Positions 31,330-41,617 of a DNA stretch of 64,000 bases are shown piece by piece. Source of the stretch: Gammaproteobacteria bacterium (GTDB lineage: Bacteria; Pseudomonadota; Gammaproteobacteria; G965277405); the NCBI GenBank assembly GCA_965277405.1, contig OZ255726.1:1568001-1632000 (forward strand), given 5' to 3'. Position 1 is the stretch's first letter. Each line of letters opens with the position of its first letter. A program made the position numbers and the translations under genes. The notes below the pieces were generated by a model. The model did no database searches. It was not told where the DNA came from and worked only from the letters and a program-made list of their open reading frames with translations.

Positions 31330-31700
31330 GAAGAGCTTTGTTGCGTTCATCACTTGGTTGCTATGGCTGCGAAAACGCCCATTCCTTGCTAAGCGTTTGT
31401 ATAATCCTTGCTGCTTTTCCGTTGGTCTGAGGCCTGTATGGTTTGGTAAAAACGTGCTTGATTTGACATGCATCAAGATATCTATTAACGAACTTTGATC
31501 AATATGCAGGTCCGTTGTCTGTCATCTAGAGAGGAAAAGCAGGGGCAGGGCTTGCCGTGGCTGTTTGTATCTGAGCAAGGGACTAGCTTTTACCGTGACA
31601 GCATCAACTAAATTGTGACTGCCAGCTACAAGAGGGCATGGTTACGGTTATGCTCTGAATAATAAGGGGTATGATGTACGTGTAGTTCAAGACTATCTAG
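31330..31700 (+). pseudogene. Decayed FimB/FimE-like tyrosine recombinase, cut by an IS5 end
   Basis: Frameshifted fragments GLRP...DLT..ISINEL, LPWLFVSEQGT and HGYGYALNNKGYDVRVVQDYLG (box II-like). The left boundary is approximate. Confidence 0.6.
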
Positions 31701-31940
31701 GGAAGCTCTGATTAAGTCCCAAGCAACAGCAATATCAGCTAGAAAGATATACAATGGTGAATCTATTTGAATATTTGAATAAGCGGATAATCTTATGAAA
31801 CAAACAACTTTTGCCAGTGCTGCATACGACCACAAGAAAGTAACAACGAAACCAAAAAAAATTCTTGCAGTTAATGGACAAATTAGCTCCATGGCAACAG
31901 TTGTTAGAGTTAATAGAACCGCATTATCCCAAGAAAGGTA
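31701..31940 (+). mobile_element. IS5-family (IS5 group) left end and frameshifted transposase N-terminus
   Basis: CTAG then GGAAGCTCTGATTAAGTC. ATG 31795 gives MKQTTFASAAYDHKK, continuing after a frameshift as FLQLMDKLAPWQQLLELIEPHYPK. Confidence 0.85.
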
Positions 31941-32167
31941 TGTGGGATTAAATGGAAAAGTCTTTTATTGGAAAAGACTAAACCTATTGATAATGTAAAA
32001 TTTGTGGTATTCTCTGTTTGGTCAAATTTATTTTTGGCTTTTCTAAAGATGCAAGGGAGTTGTAGTCAAGAATAAATCTACCCCCCTGGCGTTTTCAACT
32101 TTGAGCAGGGTGCTCAACACCAGATATTGCCTTGCTTAATTCTTTAAATTCAGGTTTGGAGATTAAT

Positions 32168-32961
32168 ATGTTGAAGAAATCTTTATTTGTTGTAGGAATG
32201 GTCGCGTCCGTTATTTTTACGACATCAGCAAATGCTGGGTGGGAGCGATACCCTTATCTTTCCAGTACTTATGACCAAAAAATTAATGGGAAACTTGTCG
32301 CACGTTGGTTTGGTGTCCCGCAATACGGTCAGCCTACCACTTACACATGCGGCGCGACAACTACTTCAATGCAGATGGCTTGGGAAACTCATAAGAGAAA
32401 TAAAACGCTTAAATACAGTCCAACTGGTATACATAGAAAAATTTTTGGCTATCAATACCTCTGGTGGTTCTACTAGTGGCTTGACATCAGACGAATTGAA
32501 GGCAGGACAAAAGAAAATAGTTGACCATATTAACCGTACCCAAGGTCTTGGGTTAACAGTTTCTATGGCTGAAAGAAAAGATAGTTCAATAAAAAATGCA
32601 GTATCTACACTTGCTACAACGATATGTAGAAATTTTAGTCCTGCTATTCTTTATGGGAATGTAAAATATGCCTCATGGGAATGTAAAATATGCCTCAGCA
32701 AGTGGTCATTATCTTTTAGCAACGGGAATGATTTATTGTCCTCAAGGAACATGCTCTAGTGATGTAGTTGGGCTATTCATTAATGACAGTGCTTATAACT
32801 CGCCAGCGTATAGTTCTTCTCATCTGGTAAGGCGTCTTGCTGTAAGTCCAAGAAAATACCTAAGTCAAAATGAGTTAGCTTCTTACTGGAAGCCAACAGG
32901 AAGTAGACTTCCTTGGTTACGTGGTTATATGTATTTGTATAATGCAAGCCCACGAGTGTAA
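32168..32961 (+). pseudogene. Secreted C39-like (papain-fold) peptidase, two frameshifts
   Basis: Signal peptide, Q...TCGATT, GHY and INDS catalytic-type motifs spread over three frames; a 22-bp tandem duplication at 32653-32696 causes one shift. Confidence 0.65.
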
Positions 32962-33014
32962 GGGTAAATACCATGGGGCTTCTTTGTAGGCTCCATGGTT
33001 ATTGTTTAGTTGCT

Positions 33015-33776
33015 ATGAATAAAAAAACAATCTCAATACTTATAATATTCGTCATTGTTTTGGTTGTTCTGTTTGTATGGTTTGACATAACTAAGCCCAT
33101 TGAGCAGAAAACAAGCACAACAACAGAAATAACTGATAGTCCTGTTGTTGTAGCTCACAATATTGGTAGTGTAAGTTTGCCGATACGAACTTCTCCTTCA
33201 GATGAAGAGACTAGCGATATAAAAGTTATTGCTTCTTCACCTGAAGAAGCTGAAAAATTGGCAAAAGATTTTTATAAAGATATGTTCTCAGTTGTTACAG
33301 AAGAAGATGGTTATATTTTGGACGTGTACTCAGGCGACTCAATAAATGTTAATAACTTTTATTCGGAAACAGAGACGCCATCACAGTTTGTTCCTTTGTT
33401 CTCAAATAATAAAGTTGTTGGTGTGTCAATATTTAGAGAATATACAGCAGACCAGAGAGAATTGGGAAGAATGTCAGAGATAACTGCTGAATGGTATTCT
33501 TATCCTCCGGTGTCTTTTCAAGAAGCAGAGCATAAATTTCTTTCATCAAACCCATCTCTGTATTATAAAATTATATCAGGATATTACTTTATTGAAGATG
33601 GCGAGACGCCATATTATTTATTTAAAAATAATGAAGACTCTGAAAAAAAATGCTTTCTAGTAAGTGCGTATGATAAAAATATCATCACTAAAGATTCTAA
33701 ATTACTTAACGCAGCACATCAGGAAAAATTACCAGTGAAGCTTGATGAAAATGGCTTAATTGCGGTTGATATGTAA
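33015..33776 (+). CDS. Hypothetical membrane-anchored acidic protein, possibly truncated by a premature stop
   Basis: N-terminal TM helix; the same frame stays open with protein-like sequence after the TAA. Confidence 0.55.
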   Translation: MNKKTISILIIFVIVLVVLFVWFDITKPIEQKTSTTTEITDSPVVVAHNIGSVSLPIRTSPSDEETSDIKVIASSPEEAEKLAKDFYKDMFSVVTEEDGYILDVYSGDSINVNNFYSETETPSQFVPLFSNNKVVGVSIFREYTADQRELGRMSEITAEWYSYPPVSFQEAEHKFLSSNPSLYYKIISGYYFIEDGETPYYLFKNNEDSEKKCFLVSAYDKNIITKDSKLLNAAHQEKLPVKLDENGLIAVDM

Positions 33777-34094
33777 ATAGCTGCTAATCTTTCAAATGAA
33801 GAGCTAGAAAAACTAAAGTCCGACATTGAATTAACTAATAAATATATTAGAGACGGAACAATGCGGTTTGATGAAAATATGAATATTGTCCATGATGGAC
33901 GTAAAGAGACAACACAAAATATTTTTTGGAGGAAGGGGAAAACCAGAATTATTACAATTATGACACATCTGATGACAATACAATGACTGGGGCAATGGAG
34001 CCAGCAAAGTTAAAATAATGTGAAAGTATGTAGTTCTGTCAATATCCGTAATTTCTGGAACTATATATTTTTTTGATAAAATATATCCAAAAAT

Positions 34095-35118
34095 GGCTCT
34101 ATTTGAATAAATTGTTGAAATATGATATGCTACAAGTATCAATCACATCCACAATGCTCTAAATCATGAAGACCTCTGAATTTAATCAGTTAAAACAAGC
34201 AGTTAATGGGCTTTCTCCAAAGCAAAAGGCTGACTTAGAACAGCATTTAATCAATCCAGAATCGCAACCTCAAGTGCTGAAATTACTTGAACAAGCGGTA
34301 CATGGATGCCCTCATTGCCAACATGACAGTACCTATAAGTGGGGCACGTCAAAAGGACGTCAGCGGTATCGTTGTCGATCATGCTTAAAAACCTATAATG
34401 CACTAACGGGTTCAGAATTGAATGGTCTGCATAAGCCTGAACTCTGGGAACAATACTGCCAAACGATGGTTGATTCAAAATCGCTGCGCATTGCAGCAAA
34501 GGAATGCGGCATCAACCTCACCACGGCATTCACATGGCGTCATAAATTTCTTAAATTGGCTGATTTACTTATGAGCAAGCAGCTTGAAGGCATTGTCGAA
34601 ATGGATGAAACTTGGTTTAAATATTCTGAAAAAGGCAGTCGCTATTTAACCACTGGCAAGCCGCGAAAACGCGGTAATAGCAAAGCATCTACAGTGAAAG
34701 CTGTTATTGGCATCGATCGAAGTGGCAACATTGTCGATCAGGTTGTAGAGCACTTTACGCTGGATCAATTACAGGCAACCTTTGTACCTAAACTCGCCGA
34801 CGATCTGGTTCTCTGTACCGACGGTCATATCAATTATGAGCATCTAGCCAAGCAGAAAAATATCAATCATGTCGTGTTAAATCAACGCCTTGGTGAGCGG
34901 GTCAAAGACAAAGTTTTTCATATTCAAACGGTGAACGCTTACCACATGAGGCTCAAGCAATGGCTAGCCCCTTTTCATGGTGTTGCAACTAAAAATCTTC
35001 ATAAATATTGTGGATGGTTTCGTTGGTTTGAGCTTAATAAACGGGGAGATATATCCCCTGCCAGCTTCATGAGGGATATGCTGTATACAGCATTTCAACA
35101 AACTATCAGAACATAGCC
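34095..35118 (+). mobile_element. IS1595-family insertion sequence
   Basis: Imperfect TIRs (GGCTCTATTTGAATAAATTGTTGAAAT / ATTTCAACAAACTATCAGAACATAGCC) and a 9-bp duplication TCCAAAAAT at 34086-34094 and 35119-35127. Confidence 0.92.
34166..35116 (+). CDS. IS1595-family transposase
   Basis: Zn ribbon CPHC...CRSC, HTH, VEMDETW, LCTDG, HIQTVNAYH and FHGVATKNL motifs. Confidence 0.93.
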   Translation: MKTSEFNQLKQAVNGLSPKQKADLEQHLINPESQPQVLKLLEQAVHGCPHCQHDSTYKWGTSKGRQRYRCRSCLKTYNALTGSELNGLHKPELWEQYCQTMVDSKSLRIAAKECGINLTTAFTWRHKFLKLADLLMSKQLEGIVEMDETWFKYSEKGSRYLTTGKPRKRGNSKASTVKAVIGIDRSGNIVDQVVEHFTLDQLQATFVPKLADDLVLCTDGHINYEHLAKQKNINHVVLNQRLGERVKDKVFHIQTVNAYHMRLKQWLAPFHGVATKNLHKYCGWFRWFELNKRGDISPASFMRDMLYTAFQQTIRT

Positions 35119-35629
35119 TCCAAAAATTGTGTATGAGGAGATAGGTGCTGTTAACAACATTGTTGTATACAAAAAGAGCAAAAAACTAATTTTATTTAAT
35201 AACGATATGCATATTAAAACCTATACTATTTCTTTAGGAAGAGTGCCACTTGGTAAGAAAGAAAAAGAGGGGGATCATAAAACGCCTGAAGGGGCTTACT
35301 ATATAGACTGGAAGCACCCAAATAGCTCATACCATCAAGCACTTCACATCTCGTATCCAAATAAAAATGAAAGAGAGCTAGCAATAAAAAAAGAGACTAA
35401 TCCTGGTGGAGATATTATGCTTCATGGTATGCCAAATTATCTAGGATGGCTTTACCCTTTATTTAAAGGAAAAGATTGGATAAATGGTTGTATAGCAGTA
35501 TCTAACGTAGAAATAGAGGAAATTGTATCAGCAGTAGAAACAGGAACTACAATTACTGTTTATCCCTAGCTATTGTCAAAAATCAGTATTTACATTCTCT
35601 ATCTTGCAACTGTTCACCAGCCTATCTAG

Positions 35630-36685
35630 GGCAACTCACAAAAACCCTACTAATCTGTCATAATGCTCTAACTATTGTTTTTGAGAATTGATATGCAGCA
35701 AATGACGTTTATAGAGTTGGAATACCCACATAAGCAACGCAAAACCCGTAGAGCAATATTTCTTGAGAAATTAGCAGCTGTTATTCCATGAAAGTAGTTA
35801 AATGAAGTTATCGCCAAACACTATACTAAAACTGCGCAAAACAGGCGGTCGACCGCAATATCCACTGTAAAGCATGCTGCGCGTACGCGTCATGCAAGTA
35901 GTGTATAATTTCAGTGATCCTGCGATGGAGGATATATTGTACGAAGTCCAATCAATGCGGCTGTTTGCTCGTTTAACCCTCGACAAAATACCCGACGAGA
36001 CCACCATCTTGAATTTCAGAAGATTGCTGGAACAGTATAACCTTTGTGAAAAAATATTCTTAAAGATAAGTAAACGGCTCACTAACCATGGATTATTACT
36101 CCGCGCAGGCAGTATCGTTGACGCATCAATCATCAATCATCAATGCGACCAACAACAACCTAAGAATTAACAGCAAGCCCGTAATCCAGAAATGCAGCAA
36201 ACGAAGGAAGGGAAAGCAGTGGTATTTTGGCATGAAAGTTCATGTTGGTGTTGATGAAAGTTCTAGAATGATTCATAGCTTTGAAACCACGGCGGGTAAT
36301 GTCAACGATGTGACCATGACTGATAAGCTCTTACATAGGGAGTGGACAGCAGCAGCTTGAGAAATTGAAAGCCAGTGTCCGCGCCAAAGTTGAGCATGTA
36401 TTTTTTTATATGAAGCACATGTTTGGATATAACAAAGTCAGATATCGTGGCTTAGCAAAGAATACCAACCGACTATACATGCTAGCTGGACTTACAAATC
36501 TTGTACGCAGTTACAAGTATTTGCCGCAAACACAGGGTTAGTGCGTCCAAAACATAGGAAATTCAGCAAAAAAGCATGAAAAACAATAAAAAGTGAACAA
36601 AAATAGCTTTTCAGCTTTTGACGTTATCGTTTTTGTGTATTGATGCGTCGAGAAAAATAATAGTAATTAGTTAATTAGAGTTTCC
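35630..36685 (+). mobile_element. Degenerate IS5-family element (transposase pseudogene from 35693)
   Basis: MQQMTF..RKTRRAIFLE, IPDETTILNFR, IVDAS, WYFGMKVHVGVD and KASVRAKVEH with stops and frameshifts; right end GTTAATTAGAGTTTCC. Confidence 0.9.
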
Positions 36686-36885
36686 TTAACTTTGAATGCA
36701 AAACCATGCAACAATCAGTCAAATCGGCGGTACTCTGCCAACTTCAGACAGGTTGTGTCTATGTTCAGATTTGAAAAACTCAAAAATCGGAAGTGTCACT
36801 TAAAAATATCTATATTTTATGTTTTTATTGACATGTAAGATATAAAATTATAACTTGTCATCTAATTACATTAAAAACATAATTC

Positions 36886-37767
36886 ATGGAAGCAAAACCT
36901 TTTTTAAAATGGGCAGGAGGTAAAACTCAATTAATTAAGCAAATTAAAGTACAACTACCTGAAAACATAGAATTAGAAAATTTCACGTTTATAGAGCCTT
37001 TTGTAGGAAGTGGTGCTGTATTATTTTGGATGTTTAGTTATTTTCCAAATTTAGAAAGAGCTGTTATTAACGATATTAATGCTGACCTAATAAACTCATA
37101 CTTAACAATCAAAAATAATGTACAAGAATTAATAAATACCCTTGCTACTTGGGAAACTGAATACCATAATCTCGTAGATGATCAAGACGCAAAAAAAAAA
37201 TATTATTACGAAAAAAGAGCTCTTTTTAACACTCGTAATTCTGAGCAAACCACACAAAGTGCTTTATTTATTTTATTAAATAGAACTTGTTTTAATGGAC
37301 TTTATAGGGTTAACCTTAAAAATAAATTTAACGTGCCAATGGGGGCTTATAAAAAGCCTCAAATATGTAATACAGAAAACTTATTAGCAGTTTCTAAAAT
37401 TTTGCAAAAGGTTGATATTTTAAACGGGGATTTTTCTGAAACACTTCCGTATGCAACTAAAAATACATTTTTCTACTTCGACCCACCATATAAACCATTA
37501 AGTGAAACTTCAAGTTTTAATTCTTATGCAAAGGACAAATTTAATGATGCCGAACAAATAAGATTAAAAGAATTTTGCGATGTATTAAACGAACAAAATC
37601 ATCAATGGATTTTAAGCAACTCTGATGTAAAAGGAAAAGATCCAAATAATAATTTCTTTGATGACTTATTTGCAAATTTTAATATTATTAGAGTAAATGC
37701 TCGTAGAAGTATAAATGCAAACCCAAATAAAAGAGGTCGATTAACTGAGTTGTTAATTAGAAATTAA
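36886..37767 (+). CDS. Dam/DpnM-type DNA adenine methyltransferase
   Basis: KWAGGKTQL, EPFVGSGAV, NRTCFNGLYR, YFDPPY and LSNS motifs. Confidence 0.93.
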   Translation: MEAKPFLKWAGGKTQLIKQIKVQLPENIELENFTFIEPFVGSGAVLFWMFSYFPNLERAVINDINADLINSYLTIKNNVQELINTLATWETEYHNLVDDQDAKKKYYYEKRALFNTRNSEQTTQSALFILLNRTCFNGLYRVNLKNKFNVPMGAYKKPQICNTENLLAVSKILQKVDILNGDFSETLPYATKNTFFYFDPPYKPLSETSSFNSYAKDKFNDAEQIRLKEFCDVLNEQNHQWILSNSDVKGKDPNNNFFDDLFANFNIIRVNARRSINANPNKRGRLTELLIRN

Positions 37768-37770
37768 TCT

Positions 37771-38703
37771 ATGAAAAAAATTACTCAAATATTAAATCTC
37801 AATTCAGACAATGAGTTTTTTGATTATTTCAAGGACAATTTAAATTTAAAAGGAATTACTCAATGGAGCTATTTTGTGAATTGGGAAAAGGTATATAAAA
37901 ATGTTGTTCCTTTTGAAAAAGAACTAAACCTCTTAAATATACTTATAGGTAAAGAAAACATACAACAAGAATTAAGCAATTTAATTTTAGAATATCCTAA
38001 AGTAGTAAACGCTATTCCTTTACTTTTAGCAATTCGGTTTAAAAACAAAAAAGAACAAAAAATCAACATCTTAATCAATACTGTTTCTTATCAATACGAC
38101 AATTTTGATCTCTCTGTTGAAACACCCGATCAACAAGAAGCAGAAAACATTGCTACGTTATTTGTAAATACAGGTTTAGGTGAACTTGTTAGAGATAAAA
38201 AAATTAAAAACTTAGTAGATTTTGCAACAGGAGTAGAAGTTGGTTTAGATAGCAATGGTAGAAAGAACAGAGGTGGGCATCAAATGGAAAATTTGATTGA
38301 AGGTTATATTCAAAATGTTTGTAAAGAACAGAATTTACCATATTTAAAAGAAGCAAATGCTAAAGCAATTAAAGAAAATTGGAATATAGATTTAGAAATA
38401 GATAAATCTTCACGTAGAATTGATTATGTAATCAACAAAAATGGAAAACTTTACTTTTTTGAAGTGAATTTTTACAATGGAGGCGGATCAAAACTCAAAT
38501 CTACTGCTGCGGAATATGTTAAAATGAATGATTACTGGAATAAACAAAATATTGAATTTATATGGATTACAGATGGTGCTGGATGGCTAAAAACGTTATT
38601 ACCATTAAGAGAATATTTTGATAAAGCAGAGTATTTATTGAATTTAGAAATGTTAAAAAATGGTATTTTAAAAAAAATATTACTTATTGGTCTGAAGACT
38701 TAA
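37771..38703 (+). CDS. DpnII/MboI-family type II restriction endonuclease
   Basis: YFVNWEKV, GVEVGLDSNGRKNRGG, EVNFYNGGGSKL and FIWITDGAGW motifs. Confidence 0.92.
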   Translation: MKKITQILNLNSDNEFFDYFKDNLNLKGITQWSYFVNWEKVYKNVVPFEKELNLLNILIGKENIQQELSNLILEYPKVVNAIPLLLAIRFKNKKEQKINILINTVSYQYDNFDLSVETPDQQEAENIATLFVNTGLGELVRDKKIKNLVDFATGVEVGLDSNGRKNRGGHQMENLIEGYIQNVCKEQNLPYLKEANAKAIKENWNIDLEIDKSSRRIDYVINKNGKLYFFEVNFYNGGGSKLKSTAAEYVKMNDYWNKQNIEFIWITDGAGWLKTLLPLREYFDKAEYLLNLEMLKNGILKKILLIGLKT

Positions 38704-38730
38704 ATTTTTTAATGCAGTAAAAAGTATTTA

Positions 38731-39594
38731 ATGATAAAACCCTATTTCAAATCAAAAGACAAAAAATTCTATCTTCTAAAAGGAAATACAATAGATTTAT
38801 TGCCAAAAATAAACCATAGGTTTGATATGGTTTTTGCAGATCCCCCATATTTTTTATCTAATGATGGATTATCAATACAAAACGGTCAAATAGTTTCTGT
38901 AAATAAAGGAAAATGGGACAAATTTAAAGATTATAATTCTGTGAATGATTTTAACCGAAAATGGTTAAAAGAAGTAAGAAAAAAAATGAAAGAGGATGCC
39001 ACTATTTGGGTCAGTGGCACTATGCATAACATCTTTAGTATTGGTCAAATTTTAACAGAATTAGATTTTAAGATTTTAAATATTATTACTTGGCAAAAAA
39101 CGAACCCACCACCAAATTTTTCGTGTCGCTACTTTACCTACTCTACCGAACAAATAATTTGGGCAAGAAAATCTAAAAAAGTTTCTCATTACTACAATTA
39201 TGAGTTAATGAAACAATTAAATGGAAATAAACAAATGAAAGATGTTTGGCAATTACCTGCAATTGCAAAATGGGAAAAATCATGTAAAAAACATCCAACA
39301 CAGAAACCACTGTCTGTACTTACAAGAATAATAATGGCTTCTACCAAACCCAATGCTTGGGTTTTAGATCCATTTGCAGGAAGTAGCACAACTGGAATTT
39401 CAGCTAATTTAGCATATAGAAGGTATTTAGGAATAGATCAAGAAACAGAGTTTTTAGAAATAAGTAAAAACAGAAAATTAGAAATACAAAACGAACAAAC
39501 TGCTGAAGCATATAGAAAAAAAATAGGCGGTTTTAATACTGAAAAAGAGTTTGTGAATTACTTGAAATCTGAACCTAACCAGGCCCATCTATAA
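38731..39594 (+). CDS. DpnA-type (beta class) DNA methyltransferase
   Basis: FADPPYFLSN, WQKTNPPPN, HPTQKP and LDPFAGSSTTG motifs. Confidence 0.93.
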   Translation: MIKPYFKSKDKKFYLLKGNTIDLLPKINHRFDMVFADPPYFLSNDGLSIQNGQIVSVNKGKWDKFKDYNSVNDFNRKWLKEVRKKMKEDATIWVSGTMHNIFSIGQILTELDFKILNIITWQKTNPPPNFSCRYFTYSTEQIIWARKSKKVSHYYNYELMKQLNGNKQMKDVWQLPAIAKWEKSCKKHPTQKPLSVLTRIIMASTKPNAWVLDPFAGSSTTGISANLAYRRYLGIDQETEFLEISKNRKLEIQNEQTAEAYRKKIGGFNTEKEFVNYLKSEPNQAHL

Positions 39595-39661
39595 ATTACC
39601 CTCAACGGTTTTTGTTATGGTTTTGAGTATTCACAGTACTAGATAAGGCTGGAGGCGAAGC

Positions 39662-39909
39662 ATGACACAAATGATTTTATTGATGTTACTTATTGATACG
39701 CGAGTTTTGATGCAAAGAAATACCCACTTGTTGAAACTGGCGCTGTCACAGTGGGATGCGTTGCGGACTGTGCTTGAGCAAGTCTGGCGTAATCAGGATA
39801 AGCAACGCAAATCGCGTGCTGAGCGCCACAAGACGATGGTCCACGGTATTGATGTTTAAGATGCTTGTTGCGCTCTACAACCTTGTAGATGATCAGCTCA
39901 AGTATCAGC
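39662..39909 (+). pseudogene. IS5-family transposase N-terminal remnant
   Basis: Frameshifted WDALRTVLEQVWR...RKSRA and VLMFKMLVALYNLVDDQLKYQ. Confidence 0.7.
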
Positions 39910-40120
39910 GTCTGAATTCCTTATTTGGAGTATTTAGCTTTTATGATTGCAATAATGTAATAACATTACATTATTGTAGAGTCCAACCAAAAATTAAGTT
40001 TAGTGAAATAATATATCGGCGTCATCGGTGCTATGCAGGTGATTGTTCAGATATAACTGCTTGTTATTGAGTTTTTTTACCAGCGCCAAATAAGGCCAAC
40101 CGCCAGCGCAAATGGCCGCT
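39910..40120. repeat. ~210-bp direct repeat, copy 1
   Basis: Near-identical to 40498-40707 from GTCTGAATTCCTTAT to CAAATGGCCGCT. Confidence 0.93.
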
Positions 40121-40496
40121 ATAAGGTGATGACAAAGTCGGGAATATTGCTGGAAAGGGCCGCATAAAGCTGGGGAAAACACCCCGCCTGCACACCATCG
40201 ACAGTATCTTTTGGTGTGACCTCGCCGCTTCCGCATTGTTCTAAGGTGCCATAGGCCATGTTGCGCCGAACGGCGCACTGGTCGCAGATCATGAGCAGGA
40301 TGTTTTGCTCCAGGGCAATTGCGGCGAGCCGTTCACCGATCGGATCACCCTGCCGTAGACAGAACATATTGTCGTCGAAGAAGAACATGCCAGCAATGGC
40401 CGCCCGGTGATTGCCCGCTTCGAGTTGCGGCAGGATCATTGTCCCTAGCTTGAATGTTGAGGCCATGTCGGTGGCGAAAATATATGCGATCTTCAT
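40119..40496 (-). CDS. SaoD/DsrE-family sulfur-relay protein
   Basis: MILPQLEAG, GMFFFDDN, ICDQCAVRR and GCFPQLY motifs. Confidence 0.75.
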   Translation of the reverse strand: MKIAYIFATDMASTFKLGTMILPQLEAGNHRAAIAGMFFFDDNMFCLRQGDPIGERLAAIALEQNILLMICDQCAVRRNMAYGTLEQCGSGEVTPKDTVDGVQAGCFPQLYAALSSNIPDFVITL

Positions 40497-40497
40497 T

Positions 40498-40707
40498 GTC
40501 TGAATTCCTTATCTGGTGTATTTGGCTTTTATGATTACAGTAATGTTATAACATTACATTATTGTAGAGTCAACCAAAAATTAAGTTTAGTGAAATAATA
40601 TATCGGCGTCATCGGTGCTATGCAGATGATTGTTCAGATATAACTACTTGTTATTGAGTTTTTTTACCAGCGCCAAATAAGGCCAACCACCAGCGCAAAT
40701 GGCCGCT
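40498..40707. repeat. ~210-bp direct repeat, copy 2 (upstream region of the SaoD/DsrE gene)
   Basis: Contains the RBS-like AAGGAA on the - strand and a perfect palindrome. Confidence 0.93.
40539..40556. promoter_or_regulatory. Perfect 18-bp palindrome GTAATGTTATAACATTAC, likely GntR-family operator
   Basis: Self-complementary; the core TGTTATAACA fits the GT-N-TA-N-AC pattern of HutC-subfamily GntR sites; about 45 bp upstream of the ATG. Confidence 0.6.
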
Positions 40708-40901
40708 GCGCGAGATATCGAACACTATCCTATATATTGGCAGCACCGGCTGTCAATACCGACGCATCGCCAAGACACAGGAATCAATAATCGCTTTTTT
40801 ACAGGCTCGGCTTGGTATCGCATCCATCGACCAACAGCTAGATTTGCCGCAAAATTGAAATTAGCTGATGTCTGAACAACCTCCGTAGCATTTACACTTA
40901 G

Positions 40902-41185
40902 GGAAGCTCTGATTAAGTCGCTGATGGAGCGAGTTCGCTAGAAAATTATGATGATTGCACGGAGCGGCTTGCGTCTGTATGCCGTAGCAATACGGCAAAA
41001 ACCGCAACACAGCAAGTACCGCTTGTAGGCAAACCATCATATATTCAATAGAAGGACGGGAAAAAACGCTGCGCTAACGTCGTTGCAGCACTTGATAATA
41101 CCACCAGTGTTATCTGCGCACTGCGTCTAGTTATCATCAGCGTTTTTTCTCCGTCTCGCCCATCATGGACTTAATCAGAGCTTCC
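40902..41185 (+). mobile_element. Complete MITE copy
   Basis: TIRs intact; TTAG duplication at 40898-40901 and 41186-41189. Confidence 0.93.
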
Positions 41186-41213
41186 TTAGCGTTGTATACT
41201 TTACCTTCCCAAT

Positions 41214-41617
41214 TCAATAAACGATATTTTTTTTCTTTACGCTGTAGGGGATACAGCGCGGATGTGGCTGGTTTAAGAAAACCAATGGCAATGTGCGAAC
41301 ATTGGCTGCGCTAGTAAGCAGCAGGGCATACAAGTATTCGTTCCAGTTTCCAAGAAACATCATAATACCTGCAGTGAGGAGCCCTGATTTTACCAAGGCA
41401 GATTAATTTTGTTAAAAACCTCCCAGAAACTGGCTCCCTCGATATAAGCGGTTTCGCTCAAAAAATGCGGAATGAACATGAAGGTTGTCCTCAAAATAAA
41501 AATTGAAATGACCATACCAAATGAAAGACACACAAAGATCAGCTCAACTCTGGTATCGAAGAGACCCAAGACGTTGATCAAGGAAAATATGGGTTGGGCC
41601 TTGGGATGCACAGTCAC
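41214..41617 (-). pseudogene. Carbohydrate ABC permease fragment
   Basis: EAA-loop-like ETAYIEGASFWEVFNKINLP and FLGNWNEYLYAL...RTLP split over two frames; the N-terminal half is missing. Confidence 0.75.

Larger units (their letters stand above)
34018..35569 (+). pseudogene. L,D-transpeptidase (YkuD) gene interrupted by IS1595
   Basis: Removing the IS rejoins M*KYVVLSISVISGTIYFFDKIYPK to IVYEEIG... in frame; EGDHKTPEG, IMLHG and WINGCIAV motifs. Confidence 0.85.
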
